A DNA stretch of 63,269 nt, counting the filler. It is 5 parts of 5 records of this genome, joined end to end, with 100 filler letters (N's around TTAATTAATTAA, not from the genome) between each part and the next. Parts side by side here need not be neighbours in the genome. Positions count along the whole stretch, not along the records: positions 29,220 to 46,887 come from SRR31156797_26324; 4 more parts are not named here. The stretch is one strand, 5' to 3'. A model generated the notes under the pieces. It made no database searches and was not told the DNA's origin. It saw only the letters and a program-made list of their open reading frames with translations. This document shows positions 29,220-38,974 of the stretch, piece after piece. The translations under genes and the position numbers were made by a program. The number at the start of each line of letters is the position of its first letter. The first letter of the stretch is position 1.

Positions 29220-29565
29220 CCAGCGCGACGGCATCCTCTCTCCCGAACCGGAATCCCCGGAGGAGAAGAACAGGGCCATCTTCGCCATGGACGAACAGAG
29301 AATCTTCGATGCGGACATCTTTCTCTATGTGCTGGACGGCCGGGTACCCGACGAAGGCGCGGCCATGGCCCTGGGGATGGCCCACTGCTATAAAACCCTG
29401 AAGAAAGAGAATCGTCTGATCATCGGGCTCCATACCGACAGCCGGGCCTCCTTCTCCGATTCCAAACTGAATCCCATGCTCTTCTCCCCCTTGGACTTTC
29501 TGGCCGAAACGGAAAAGAGCTTACTGATCTATCTTCAGGCACTCCTCCGGGAACCGAGTAGATAG
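29220..29565 (+). CDS. Nucleoside 2-deoxyribosyltransferase-family protein, 3' part (5' part at 63138-63269)
   Basis: IFAMDEQRIFDAD..LDGRVPDEG...G, LNPML; 28-nt overlap with the window end. Confidence 0.85.
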
Positions 29566-29578
29566 GAGACGAATTCAT

Positions 29579-29631
29579 TTGACAGATCCGAGATTACGGG
29601 GTTACTATTAGTTCGTACTGAGAACGAACTA
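29579..29631 (+). promoter_or_regulatory. Sigma70 promoter plus ROK/XylR-type operator
   Basis: TTGACA (29579)-18 nt-TACTAT (29603), then perfect inverted repeat TAGTTCGT-N7-ACGAACTA (29609-29631). Confidence 0.75.
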
Positions 29632-29653
29632 TCAAAATCAAGGAATCCAAAAG

Positions 29654-30841
29654 ATGAAAAACGGGTTGATGAGCCCCAACAAAATGCAGGATTACAATGC
29701 CCACATCGTATTGCATCTGATCCGCAAAGAAGGACCTGTTTCCAGGGCGGAAATAGCGCGGAAGCTGGGCTCCAGCAAATCGGCTATATCCAATATCACC
29801 AGTCTCCTTGACAGCTACGGCCTCATAGAGGAAGCGGGACAGGGCCATCCCCATACCGGCCGGAAATCGACCCTGCTGCAATTCAACCCGAAAGCCTATT
29901 ACTTCCTGTCTGCCGATATCCGCTGGAAGAGGACGAATATCGCGGTCATCGACCTGGAGGGCAATATATGCGGGCAGAAGGATTTCGCCAATAACCAGAA
30001 GGATCCCCACGGCATCATCGAGGCGGTTGTCCAGAATATGGAGGCGCTGCTGGAAGAGAACAGCATCCCCATCAGCCGCATCGAAGGCGTGGGCTTCATG
30101 ATCCCCGGAATCGTCGACTACAAGGAGGGGATCGTCCTCTACTCGGCCCCTCTGAAGTGGGAAGAGCCCTTTCCCCTTGCCCGGGAGTTCAGAAAGCGAC
30201 TCGATCTTCCCGTCTATGTTGAAAACGACGCCAACGCCCTGGCCCTGGGCGAGACCTGGGTCGGCAAGGGCCAGGAGTTCTCCCAGCTTGCCTACATCTA
30301 TACGGACGGAGGCCTGGGGGGCGCCTATATCCATGACAGAAAGATCTTTCAGGGCTGTGACTACACGGCCACGCAATTCGGAAAGACCCTGGTTCATAAT
30401 GGAGAGAGACTAACAACCGCCGGCTCCTGTCTTTCCCTTCCCGGCCTGCTGGAAACAGCCGGTTACGGTGAAGAGATTCAGAGCATGACCAGAGATGAAA
30501 TAAATGCTGCCGGTCAGTCCATCCTGGACATCGAAGCGAACGGCTGGTCGGACCATACTAAGTCCATAGTCGACGTCCTGGCACAGGTAGTTTCCAATAT
30601 AATTAACATCCTCAATCCGGAGATCATCATCATACACAGCGCCTACCTTATGAAGTCCCCTGTTTTCCGGGAAGAGCTGAACAGAAGGGTGAAATCCTTT
30701 CTGCCCGAGAGCCCCTACAGAACGATCAATATCAGAACGGCCTTTCTGTCGGACAAGACAGAGGTGATCGGAGGAGCGGCGGTAGCTTTGAGCCAGAGCC
30801 GCTTCTCCCCCATCCTTCTCCAGAGTAATCAGAGCAAATAA
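29654..30841 (+). CDS. ROK-family transcriptional repressor
   Basis: HTH SRAEIARKLG, GRK, PGIVD, VENDANALALGE. Confidence 0.92.
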   Translation: MKNGLMSPNKMQDYNAHIVLHLIRKEGPVSRAEIARKLGSSKSAISNITSLLDSYGLIEEAGQGHPHTGRKSTLLQFNPKAYYFLSADIRWKRTNIAVIDLEGNICGQKDFANNQKDPHGIIEAVVQNMEALLEENSIPISRIEGVGFMIPGIVDYKEGIVLYSAPLKWEEPFPLAREFRKRLDLPVYVENDANALALGETWVGKGQEFSQLAYIYTDGGLGGAYIHDRKIFQGCDYTATQFGKTLVHNGERLTTAGSCLSLPGLLETAGYGEEIQSMTRDEINAAGQSILDIEANGWSDHTKSIVDVLAQVVSNIINILNPEIIIIHSAYLMKSPVFREELNRRVKSFLPESPYRTINIRTAFLSDKTEVIGGAAVALSQSRFSPILLQSNQSK

Positions 30842-30879
30842 CCGGTGTCGTGCCGGTAAAAATAGTAAAGGAGTGTTAT

Positions 30880-32145
30880 ATGAAGAGAATCATGGTCTTT
30901 TTGCTGGTCATGGTAATGTCAATGTCGGCATTCGCATCAGGAGGACAGGATGCCGAGGGTCAGGGCGGATCTACCGTAACCATCTTATGCGTGACCAGCC
31001 CTGAGACGGAAGCCCTCAAGGCCGCGGCCGCTGTGTTTACGGAAAGGAATCCCGACATCGAGATCGTTTTCAACGAGCAGGGCCGCCTCGGTTATTTCAC
31101 CAACGTGACCACCCAGCTGGTTGGCGGTACCACCGAATTCGACCTGGTGCAGGACAATACGACCTACATGACCGAGCTGGCGGCGGCGGGCGTTCTCGAG
31201 CCCTGGGACGATTACCTGAACGACCCCGAACTGACAGATCTGAAGGAGTACGATCTGGACGACCTTCCCATCAAGCTCAGCTACGAAGGAAAGATCTACT
31301 GCATCCCCACCGACCTGTCCAGCCAGCTGTACTACTACAGAAAGGATCTGGTCGAAACACCTGCCGAAACCTGGGACGAGCTGATCGAACTGGCCGAGGA
31401 GAACGCCGGAAAAGACACGTCATACGGAAACCTTCTGACAGCACTGACAGGCGGTCCCGAAGCGCCCAAGATGTTCTATACGGTCCTGTGGTCCTACGGC
31501 GGAGACGTGATTGACGAAAACGGAAATGTCGTCATCAATAGTGAAGCTGCCCGAAAAGCGGCAAAGGTATACCGAGCGCTGAAACCCTATATGGCGGAAG
31601 ACATCACTACCTACAATTATCCCAAGGTATTTGATCAGCTCAAGGCTGGTACAACAGCCCAGGCCGCGCCTTTCTGGAATGCAGCATGGAACAATCTGCA
31701 GCTCTCGGACAGCCCCAACAAAGATAAGTACAGTATCTCCATTATTCCGGGTGCCCGTCAAGCTGACGGCACCGTTCTCCATACGCCCCAGACACATGGT
31801 TGGGGACTGGTCATGAACGCCCAGAGCGAGAACAAGATCGCGGCCTGGAAGTTCCTGGAATTCGTCACCAGCAAAGAGGGATTCGAGATCCGCGGCAAGC
31901 ACGGAGCCAGCGTCTTCAGGCCCAGCCTCCTGAACGATCCTGCCAACAGCGGCAACATCTACTACCCCACCATGGCCGAGACCTACAAGCTGGCCAAGAT
32001 GGAACCCCTCGTCCCCTACTACACCAAACTGCATGAGATCCTGAACCAGATGGTATCCAATATTCTGACGACGGACAAATCCCTCGATTCGATCTTCGCG
32101 GAAACGGAGAAGAGTATCATAACTCTCCAGGAGAGCTATAAGTAA
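30880..32145 (+). CDS. Carbohydrate ABC transporter substrate-binding protein
   Basis: Spirochaete-style signal (AFASGGQD), YYRKDL, AWKFLEFVTS. Confidence 0.9.
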   Translation: MKRIMVFLLVMVMSMSAFASGGQDAEGQGGSTVTILCVTSPETEALKAAAAVFTERNPDIEIVFNEQGRLGYFTNVTTQLVGGTTEFDLVQDNTTYMTELAAAGVLEPWDDYLNDPELTDLKEYDLDDLPIKLSYEGKIYCIPTDLSSQLYYYRKDLVETPAETWDELIELAEENAGKDTSYGNLLTALTGGPEAPKMFYTVLWSYGGDVIDENGNVVINSEAARKAAKVYRALKPYMAEDITTYNYPKVFDQLKAGTTAQAAPFWNAAWNNLQLSDSPNKDKYSISIIPGARQADGTVLHTPQTHGWGLVMNAQSENKIAAWKFLEFVTSKEGFEIRGKHGASVFRPSLLNDPANSGNIYYPTMAETYKLAKMEPLVPYYTKLHEILNQMVSNILTTDKSLDSIFAETEKSIITLQESYK

Positions 32146-32150
32146 TCCAA

Positions 32151-32177
32151 ATGGGGGAGAATGACCTTCTCCCCCAT
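32151..32177 (+). terminator. Intergenic stem-loop after the SBP gene
   Basis: ATGGGGGAGAA-TGACC-TTCTCCCCCAT perfect 11-bp stem. Confidence 0.6.
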
Positions 32178-32202
32178 TCCATCATTTAAAAGGAGTTATC
32201 TC

Positions 32203-33153
32203 ATGAGCCTATCTCATACCGGAATGGGCAATCAGAAAGTACTGAAATACTCTCTGGTGGCACCCACCGTGATCATTCTCTTTCTGACGACGGTGCTGCC
32301 CCTGGTCTATATGCTCTACACATCATTCTTCAGACTGGACCCGATCGTTTTCAATAAGGACTGGCCCTTCGTCGGCTTCAAGAACTATATCTACCTTCTC
32401 ACCCAGGATCCCATGTTCTGGTCGTCTCTGTTCAGAACCGTCCTGTTCCTCATCTATACGATTACGCCGCAGATCATCGTCGGCCTCATACTGGCGACTC
32501 TGTTGTACAAGGAGTTCAAAGGCAAGAGGATCGTACAAACGATCCTGCTCTTCCCCATACTGGCAACACCGATCATCATCGCCATGATCTGGAAATATTT
32601 CTTTGATTTCGATACAGGATTCCTCAATGTCTTCCTCCGAAGCATCGGAGCCGAACCGAGACCCTGGCTGTCCACCTCCGGACTCCCCTTTGTTGAGAGT
32701 ATTCCCGTGATCGGGCACTGGCTGGCGGAAAAGCTCTACCTCACTTATGCGTTCAGAACCATCGCGTTCGTCAATTTCTGGCAGTGGACGCCCTTCTGCT
32801 TCCTGATCTTCTATTCCGGCATGACCTCCCTGCCCACAGAGGTATACGAAGCGGCCAATATGGACGGCGCGTCCGCCTGGCAGACCTTCAAATACATTAC
32901 GTTCCCCCTGCTGACCAAGGTGATAGGCGCCGTCGCTTTTCTGAGGATCATCGACTGCCTGAAGGTCTACGCCCAGATATGGGTTCTCTTTGGAAATGCC
33001 GAGGCCACAAGGGTGATCAACATCCATCTCTATACACTGGGATTCACAACCAGCGACTACGGCAAGACATCAGCCCTGGGCATTCTCCTCATCATCATGA
33101 TTACGGCCCTCGTCCTGCTGGCCACGAGAAAGGGGGAAAAGAATGGAAACTAA
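32203..33153 (+). CDS. Carbohydrate ABC permease (MalF-like)
   Basis: FVGFKNY, WQWTPF, EAA loop YEAANMDGA. Confidence 0.92.
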   Translation: MSLSHTGMGNQKVLKYSLVAPTVIILFLTTVLPLVYMLYTSFFRLDPIVFNKDWPFVGFKNYIYLLTQDPMFWSSLFRTVLFLIYTITPQIIVGLILATLLYKEFKGKRIVQTILLFPILATPIIIAMIWKYFFDFDTGFLNVFLRSIGAEPRPWLSTSGLPFVESIPVIGHWLAEKLYLTYAFRTIAFVNFWQWTPFCFLIFYSGMTSLPTEVYEAANMDGASAWQTFKYITFPLLTKVIGAVAFLRIIDCLKVYAQIWVLFGNAEATRVINIHLYTLGFTTSDYGKTSALGILLIIMITALVLLATRKGEKNGN

Positions 33154-33976
33154 ATTTCTTTGGAGAAAGCTGAAAAGGACACTCTTCTACGTAGTGATAC
33201 TGGGGGTCGTCGTAACCTGGGCGTTTCCCATCCTCTGGATCATCCTCAACTCGTTCAAGAAGGACAGCCTCATCATCTCGCAGACCCTGACCCTCTTCTT
33301 CAGGCCGACCCTTGAGCACTACGGCAAGATCTTTACGACCCATAACTTCGGCGGCTTTCTTCTGAACAGCCTGACCGTAGCGCTCTGTTCCACGGTTATC
33401 GTCCTGGGGGCGTCCTTCACGGCGGCCTACAGCGTCTCCCGCTTTGACACGGGGAAAGGCGTATTCACCCTCTCCGTACTGGTCACGAGGATAGCGCCCC
33501 CCGCTGCCGTTCTCATGCCGTTCTTCATCATCTTCAAGCACATGTCCCTGCTGAACGATCTGACGGCGCTGATCATCATCAACATATCCCTGAACATGTC
33601 CTTCGGTCTGCTTATGCTCAAGACCTTTATCGATGAGATCCCCGTATCCATTGACGAGGCGGCCTATCTGGAAGGGGCCAACTGGTTTCAGACCCTGTCC
33701 AGACTGGTCTTCCCCCTGGCCCGTTCGGGGATCATCACGACGGCGATCTTCACCTTCATCTTCACATGGAACGAGTACCTGTTCGCCATGGTGCTCTGCT
33801 CGTCGAACAAGGTGAAGACCCTGCCCGTGGCCGCGGGAGATTTTATCACGGCCTACGCGGTCGAATGGGGCCCCGTGTTCAGCTCGGGAACCCTTATCCT
33901 TCTCCCCATCCTGGTTATGGTGTTCATCGTACAGAAGTACATCGTAAAGGGTTTGACCTTCGGAGCGACGAAATAA
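33143..33976 (+). CDS. Carbohydrate ABC permease (MalG-like)
   Basis: IDEAAYLEGA, WNEYLFA, QKYIVKGLT. Confidence 0.92.
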   Translation: METKFLWRKLKRTLFYVVILGVVVTWAFPILWIILNSFKKDSLIISQTLTLFFRPTLEHYGKIFTTHNFGGFLLNSLTVALCSTVIVLGASFTAAYSVSRFDTGKGVFTLSVLVTRIAPPAAVLMPFFIIFKHMSLLNDLTALIIINISLNMSFGLLMLKTFIDEIPVSIDEAAYLEGANWFQTLSRLVFPLARSGIITTAIFTFIFTWNEYLFAMVLCSSNKVKTLPVAAGDFITAYAVEWGPVFSSGTLILLPILVMVFIVQKYIVKGLTFGATK

Positions 33977-35037
33977 TGAAGGAACGGATAAACATAGCCC
34001 TCCTGGGGACAGGCTTTATGGCCCGGGCCCACTCGTTCTGTTACAGGCAGGACGAGAGAGTCCGGCTCAACACCATCTGCGGAACGACCATAGAGAAGGC
34101 CTCTCCCTTCAAGGGCGAATTCGCTTTCCAGAGGGTCAGCGACGACTGGAGGGAGGTCGTCTCATCCCCCGATATCGACCTGGTGGATATCACCCTTCCC
34201 AATTTCCTCCACTACGAGGCCGCCATGGAGGCTGTGACACATGGGAAGGACTTCATCATAGAGAAGCCTCTTGCCCTCACCATGGAACAGGCGCAGGAGA
34301 TCGTAAAGGCCGCGGACAAGCGAGGCGTGAAAGGCTTCTATGCCGAAAACAGGTTGTTCGCCCCCCTCTTTGTCAAAGCCAGGGAGATGATCGCCGGCGG
34401 CGAGGTCGGAGAGACCAAACTCTTCAGGATAAACGAGCTCGGCAGCGGCCCCGGCCATGCGGGATGGTTCAGATCAAAAGAATACTCCGGAGGCGGCGCA
34501 CTGATCGATATGGGGATACACGGCCTCTGCCTTTCGGAGTGGCTCCTGGACTCCCCCGTCGTCAGCGTCGGCGCCGACGCGGTTTTCCGGGGAGAGATCG
34601 AGGACACGGTGATCTGCAATGCCCGCTTTGAGAACGGGACCCTGGGCCAGTTCGTCTCCTCCTGGGGGATCCAGGGGGGACTGGATATCAGGGCGGAGGT
34701 CTTCGGCGGCAAAGGAACCCTGCTGCTGGACCAGGCAAAGGCGGCGAACGGGATCATCTCCTACCGGTCCGAACCGGATGCCCTGAGCCACTCCGAAAAC
34801 AGACCTCACCAGGCGGCGGAAACGGGATGGTCCTATCCCTATGTGGATGAGTGGAACATCAAAGGCCATCGCTACGAGCTGCGCCACTTCATCGACTGCC
34901 TGACGGAAGGGACGCCCTGCCGCTCCACCATACGACGCGGATTGAGAACGCTGAGCATCGTCCATGCCATATATGAGGCCATAGAAACGGGAAACAGGGT
35001 ATCGGTTCCCCCAGAAGGGGAGAAGGAAGAGCCATGA
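33976..35037 (+). CDS. Gfo/Idh/MocA NAD(P)-dependent oxidoreductase
   Basis: GTGFMA, EKP, GGGALIDMGIH. Confidence 0.92.
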   Translation: MKERINIALLGTGFMARAHSFCYRQDERVRLNTICGTTIEKASPFKGEFAFQRVSDDWREVVSSPDIDLVDITLPNFLHYEAAMEAVTHGKDFIIEKPLALTMEQAQEIVKAADKRGVKGFYAENRLFAPLFVKAREMIAGGEVGETKLFRINELGSGPGHAGWFRSKEYSGGGALIDMGIHGLCLSEWLLDSPVVSVGADAVFRGEIEDTVICNARFENGTLGQFVSSWGIQGGLDIRAEVFGGKGTLLLDQAKAANGIISYRSEPDALSHSENRPHQAAETGWSYPYVDEWNIKGHRYELRHFIDCLTEGTPCRSTIRRGLRTLSIVHAIYEAIETGNRVSVPPEGEKEEP

Positions 35038-36071
35038 GCATGAACAGACCTTACGGCATCGCCCTGTTGAGCTTTGCCCATCTTCACCAGTACAAATGGG
35101 CCGAGACCTTCGCCTCCCATCCGGACGCCTTTATCTCAGGGATATGGGATGACGACCGGGAACGGGGAGAGGCCGTCGCAGAGATTCACCAGGTTCCGTT
35201 CTTCTCCGATCTCGACGAACTCCTCTCCCTTCACAGCACGGAGGGCGCCGCCGTCTGCTCCGAGCCTTCCAGGCACAGAAGCCTGATCGAACGCTGCTGC
35301 GCTCACCGCAAGCCGGTGATGTGTGAGAAACCTCTGGCTCCCGACCTGGAATCCGCTCTGGCGATTGAGGAAGCTGTAAAGCGATCGGGCATACGATTCT
35401 ATCAGTCCTTCCCCCAGAGGCTGATCCCGTCCAACCTCAAGATCAGGGGGCTTCTGCAATCAAATGCCATAGGCCGGATACACCATGTCCGCAAGAGGCA
35501 CGGCCACGGTTTCGGACTGGAAAACCTGAGGAGCGACATGCCCTGGATCTACGATACGAAAAAGGAAGGGGGCGGCGCCTATCTGGACGAGGGGATCCAT
35601 GAGACAGACCTGCTGAACTTCTTCTTCGGCCTGCCCGACAGCGTAACGGCCCGGCTGAGCGATGGGGATGGGAAGGGAACGGATTTGTCCGGCGCCGCGA
35701 TCTACAGCTACCCGAACGCCATGCTGGCCGTGCACGAAGCGGCCTGGAACTGGCAGGCCGGCGGACCGACGACCGAGATCTACGGCGAAGAGGGGACGAT
35801 CATCCAGAACAATACGGACTGCGCCTCCAACAAGGGGCGGTCCTACTGGCCAGGGCTGACGGTGTACAGAAGGGAAACGGGAGAGTGGGAAGAGATTCCC
35901 TGTCCCTTCGACTTCTCGGAGGTTCATACCCTCCCCCCGAAGGAGTTTGTCAGAACCCTTCGGACAAACACGGAACCGGCCTCGGGGATCCGGGACGGCA
36001 TTGAGGCGCTGACGATGATCAGGGCCGCCTACGAATCTCATAAGACCGGCCGTCATATAAAGATAAGATAA
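35034..36071 (+). CDS. Gfo/Idh/MocA oxidoreductase (non-canonical Rossmann loop LSFAHLH)
   Basis: CEKP, GGGAYLDEGIH. Confidence 0.88.
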   Translation: MSMNRPYGIALLSFAHLHQYKWAETFASHPDAFISGIWDDDRERGEAVAEIHQVPFFSDLDELLSLHSTEGAAVCSEPSRHRSLIERCCAHRKPVMCEKPLAPDLESALAIEEAVKRSGIRFYQSFPQRLIPSNLKIRGLLQSNAIGRIHHVRKRHGHGFGLENLRSDMPWIYDTKKEGGGAYLDEGIHETDLLNFFFGLPDSVTARLSDGDGKGTDLSGAAIYSYPNAMLAVHEAAWNWQAGGPTTEIYGEEGTIIQNNTDCASNKGRSYWPGLTVYRRETGEWEEIPCPFDFSEVHTLPPKEFVRTLRTNTEPASGIRDGIEALTMIRAAYESHKTGRHIKIR

Positions 36072-36074
36072 ACA

Positions 36075-37625
36075 ATGGAGCGAGAAATGAATAAGCAGGA
36101 TGCATATGATAAAGACAAGCTTTACTTCGGAGATCTGCATAACCACTGCGGCATCAGCTACGGCCACGGCCCCCTGGATGACGCCCTGGCCAATGCCAGA
36201 CTGCAGCTGGATTTCGTAAGCGTTACGGGCCATGCGTTCTGGCCGGACATGCCCGCGCCCGTAGGGCATCTGAAGGCCGTGGTAGACTATCACGTCAACG
36301 GCTTCAACAAACTGGAACGGGGCTGGCATGACTACACCCGAACCATGGAAGAGCAGAACGACCCGGGCCGTTTCGTAACCCTTCCGAGCTATGAGATGCA
36401 CTCCGTTCAGCACGGGGACTATGTCATCTACAGCCGCGATCCCCTCGGGCCCATGGTAAAGCCCGACAGCTTTGAGGAGCTTCAGGACTTCATAAGGGAT
36501 CAGCGGGCCTCGGGCGACGAGTGCTTTATCGTTCCCCACCACATAGGCTACGCCAGAGGGTACAGAGGCATCAACTGGGACAGTTTCCATGAGGAAGTCA
36601 GCCCCCTGGTGGAGATCCTCTCCATGCACGGCTGCGCGGAGAGCGATGCATGTCCGGTCCCTTATCTCCACACCATGGGTCCCCGCAACGGAAGCAGCAC
36701 CATGCAGGGCGGGCTTGCTAAGGGTCATCACTTCTCCGTCATCGGATCGACCGACCACCACAGCGCCCACCCCGGCAGCTATGGCTACGGAGCCGCCGCG
36801 GTCTGGGCCCGGGAGCTCACAAGGGAGGGGATCTGGGAGGCCTTGAAGCAGGGAAGAACCTACGCCGTAACCGGGGACAGGATCGCCCTGCAGTTCTCCG
36901 TCAACGACGAGCCCATGGGATCGATCCTTCCCTTTGGCGGAAACAGGGACATACGGATCGACGTGAAGGGCACGGACAGCCTGGACAGGATAGAGATTAT
37001 CAAGAACAACAGGGTGCTCAAACGCTTCGATTTTCCCGATAGAAAGGAGCCTTCCTCCCACAGGATCAGGGGCAAGATCAAGGTCACCGTCGGATGGGGC
37101 GAGAAGGGAGTCCGCCAGGACTGGGACGTCCGCCTGGCCGTTCGCGACGGAGATCTCAGCTCTGCGGAACCCCAGTTCCACGGCGTGGACGTGGTCGATC
37201 CCGAAGACAAGCACAGGGACAGCTACAGGTTCACTGAGATGATAGAGAACAGTCCGGAGGCGTTCCGCTTCAAGAGCTCCACCTGGGGGAACGTAACGAC
37301 CACAAGCGACTCAAACCAGGCCGTCGTAATCGAGGTGGAGGGGAACAGGGACTCGGCCCTCGAGCTACAGGTCAACGACAGGAAACACATCATCCCCTTC
37401 TCCGAGCTCCTGGAGGCCTCCCAAAGCCACTACCTGGGCGACTTTCTGACGGGAGCCTATCACATAGGCCGTCTCATTCCCGAAGAGGAGTATGTCCGGT
37501 CAATCCGTCTCCAGGATCAGGATGACGGCTCGCGGGAGGACGTCTACTATGTCCGTGTAGGACAGAGGAACAACCAGTGGGCCTGGAGTTCCCCCGTCTG
37601 GATCGCAAAGGGGCCGGCGGAATGA
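36075..37625 (+). CDS. DUF3604-like PHP-fold metalloenzyme
   Basis: GDLHNH, TGH, YE, PHH, GSTDHH, ELTREGIWEALKQGRTYAVTG, YYVRV.Q....AWSSPVW. Confidence 0.75.
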   Translation: MEREMNKQDAYDKDKLYFGDLHNHCGISYGHGPLDDALANARLQLDFVSVTGHAFWPDMPAPVGHLKAVVDYHVNGFNKLERGWHDYTRTMEEQNDPGRFVTLPSYEMHSVQHGDYVIYSRDPLGPMVKPDSFEELQDFIRDQRASGDECFIVPHHIGYARGYRGINWDSFHEEVSPLVEILSMHGCAESDACPVPYLHTMGPRNGSSTMQGGLAKGHHFSVIGSTDHHSAHPGSYGYGAAAVWARELTREGIWEALKQGRTYAVTGDRIALQFSVNDEPMGSILPFGGNRDIRIDVKGTDSLDRIEIIKNNRVLKRFDFPDRKEPSSHRIRGKIKVTVGWGEKGVRQDWDVRLAVRDGDLSSAEPQFHGVDVVDPEDKHRDSYRFTEMIENSPEAFRFKSSTWGNVTTTSDSNQAVVIEVEGNRDSALELQVNDRKHIIPFSELLEASQSHYLGDFLTGAYHIGRLIPEEEYVRSIRLQDQDDGSREDVYYVRVGQRNNQWAWSSPVWIAKGPAE

Positions 37626-38959
37626 AGCCGAACATCATCTATATCCACACCCACGACAGCGGCCGGTACATGGAGCCCTACGGGGCGCCTGTGAGAACGG
37701 AACATATTATGAGGTTCTGCGAGAGAGCCACGCTGTTCAGAAACGCCCACTGCACGGGTCCGACCTGCTCCCCCAGCCGATCGGGCCTGCTGACCGGTAT
37801 GTATCCCCATTCCAACGGCATGCTCGGACTGGCCCACAGGGGATTCTCTCTGAACGATTATTCCTGGCATCTGGCGTCGTACCTCCGAGAAAACGGATTC
37901 GAAACGGCCCTTTCCGGAGTCCAGCATGTGGCGGATGACAAAAAGAGGATCGGGTATGACAGGCTCCTGGGCGACGCGGAGTTCGAGATGTCCCACTCCT
38001 TCAGCTTCGACTCGGAGGCCTACGACAAGAACAACGCCCATGCCGCTGCCGATTACATCGAAGAGAAAAAGGACAAACCCTTCTTCCTCTCCTTCGGTAT
38101 GTTCAACACCCACAGGGTCTTCCCGGAACCGGGAGAACAGATCGCCCCCGATTACCTGTCCGTTCCCGTCACCGTAGCCGATACGGCTGCCAACCGCCGG
38201 GATATGGCCGGCTTCCACCGTTCCATGGCCATCGTCGACGATTGCGTGGGCATCGTGCTGGACGCCCTGCAGCGCAGCGGCCGGTGGGAAGAGTCGGTCG
38301 TGATCATTACAACGGATCACGGCATCCCCTTTCCCGGTATGAAATGCACCCTGAGCGATCATGGTACGGGGGTGGCCTTTATGATGCACATCCCCGGAAA
38401 TCCGTCGGCCGGAAAGGCCTGCGACGCCCTGATCTCCCAGATCGATCTGTTCCCGACCCTCTGTGAGATTCTGAATATGGACAGGCCGGAAAGGCTGCAG
38501 GGCCGCTCGTTCCTCAGGCTCTTCCGGAATCCGGAGGAAGAGATACGGGAGGAGGTCTTTTCAGAGGTATCCTTCCATGCCGCTTACGAGCCGAAACGGG
38601 CCGTCAGGACCGGAGAGTTCAAGCTGATCCGGCGCTACGATGAAGACAGATCGCCCGTCCCCGCCAACGTGGACGGCTGCCCGGCAAAGCAGGACATGAT
38701 AGACAGCGGGTATTTCAGGGATATGATCATCGACAGGAGCTCCCTCTTCGACCTGAGAACCGACCCCATGGAAAGGAACAACCTTGCGGGACGCCCCGAA
38801 TACGAGCAGGTGGAAAAGGAATTGAACAGGAAACTGGACGACTGGATGGAGGAGACAGGGGATCCCCTGCTCGCCCACGGGGGAACCATACCGATCCCGG
38901 AGGGAGGCCTTGTAAACAGAAGAAACAGCCTGGAACCCAACGAGGTCGATTTTATCTGA
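37622..38959 (+). CDS. Cys-type S1 sulfatase, sulfamidase (SGSH)-like
   Basis: CSPSRSGLLTG, TTDHG, WMEETGDPLL; ATGA overlap with the upstream gene. Confidence 0.9.
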   Translation: MKPNIIYIHTHDSGRYMEPYGAPVRTEHIMRFCERATLFRNAHCTGPTCSPSRSGLLTGMYPHSNGMLGLAHRGFSLNDYSWHLASYLRENGFETALSGVQHVADDKKRIGYDRLLGDAEFEMSHSFSFDSEAYDKNNAHAAADYIEEKKDKPFFLSFGMFNTHRVFPEPGEQIAPDYLSVPVTVADTAANRRDMAGFHRSMAIVDDCVGIVLDALQRSGRWEESVVIITTDHGIPFPGMKCTLSDHGTGVAFMMHIPGNPSAGKACDALISQIDLFPTLCEILNMDRPERLQGRSFLRLFRNPEEEIREEVFSEVSFHAAYEPKRAVRTGEFKLIRRYDEDRSPVPANVDGCPAKQDMIDSGYFRDMIIDRSSLFDLRTDPMERNNLAGRPEYEQVEKELNRKLDDWMEETGDPLLAHGGTIPIPEGGLVNRRNSLEPNEVDFI

Positions 38960-38974
38960 GCCCTTCCCCTCCTG

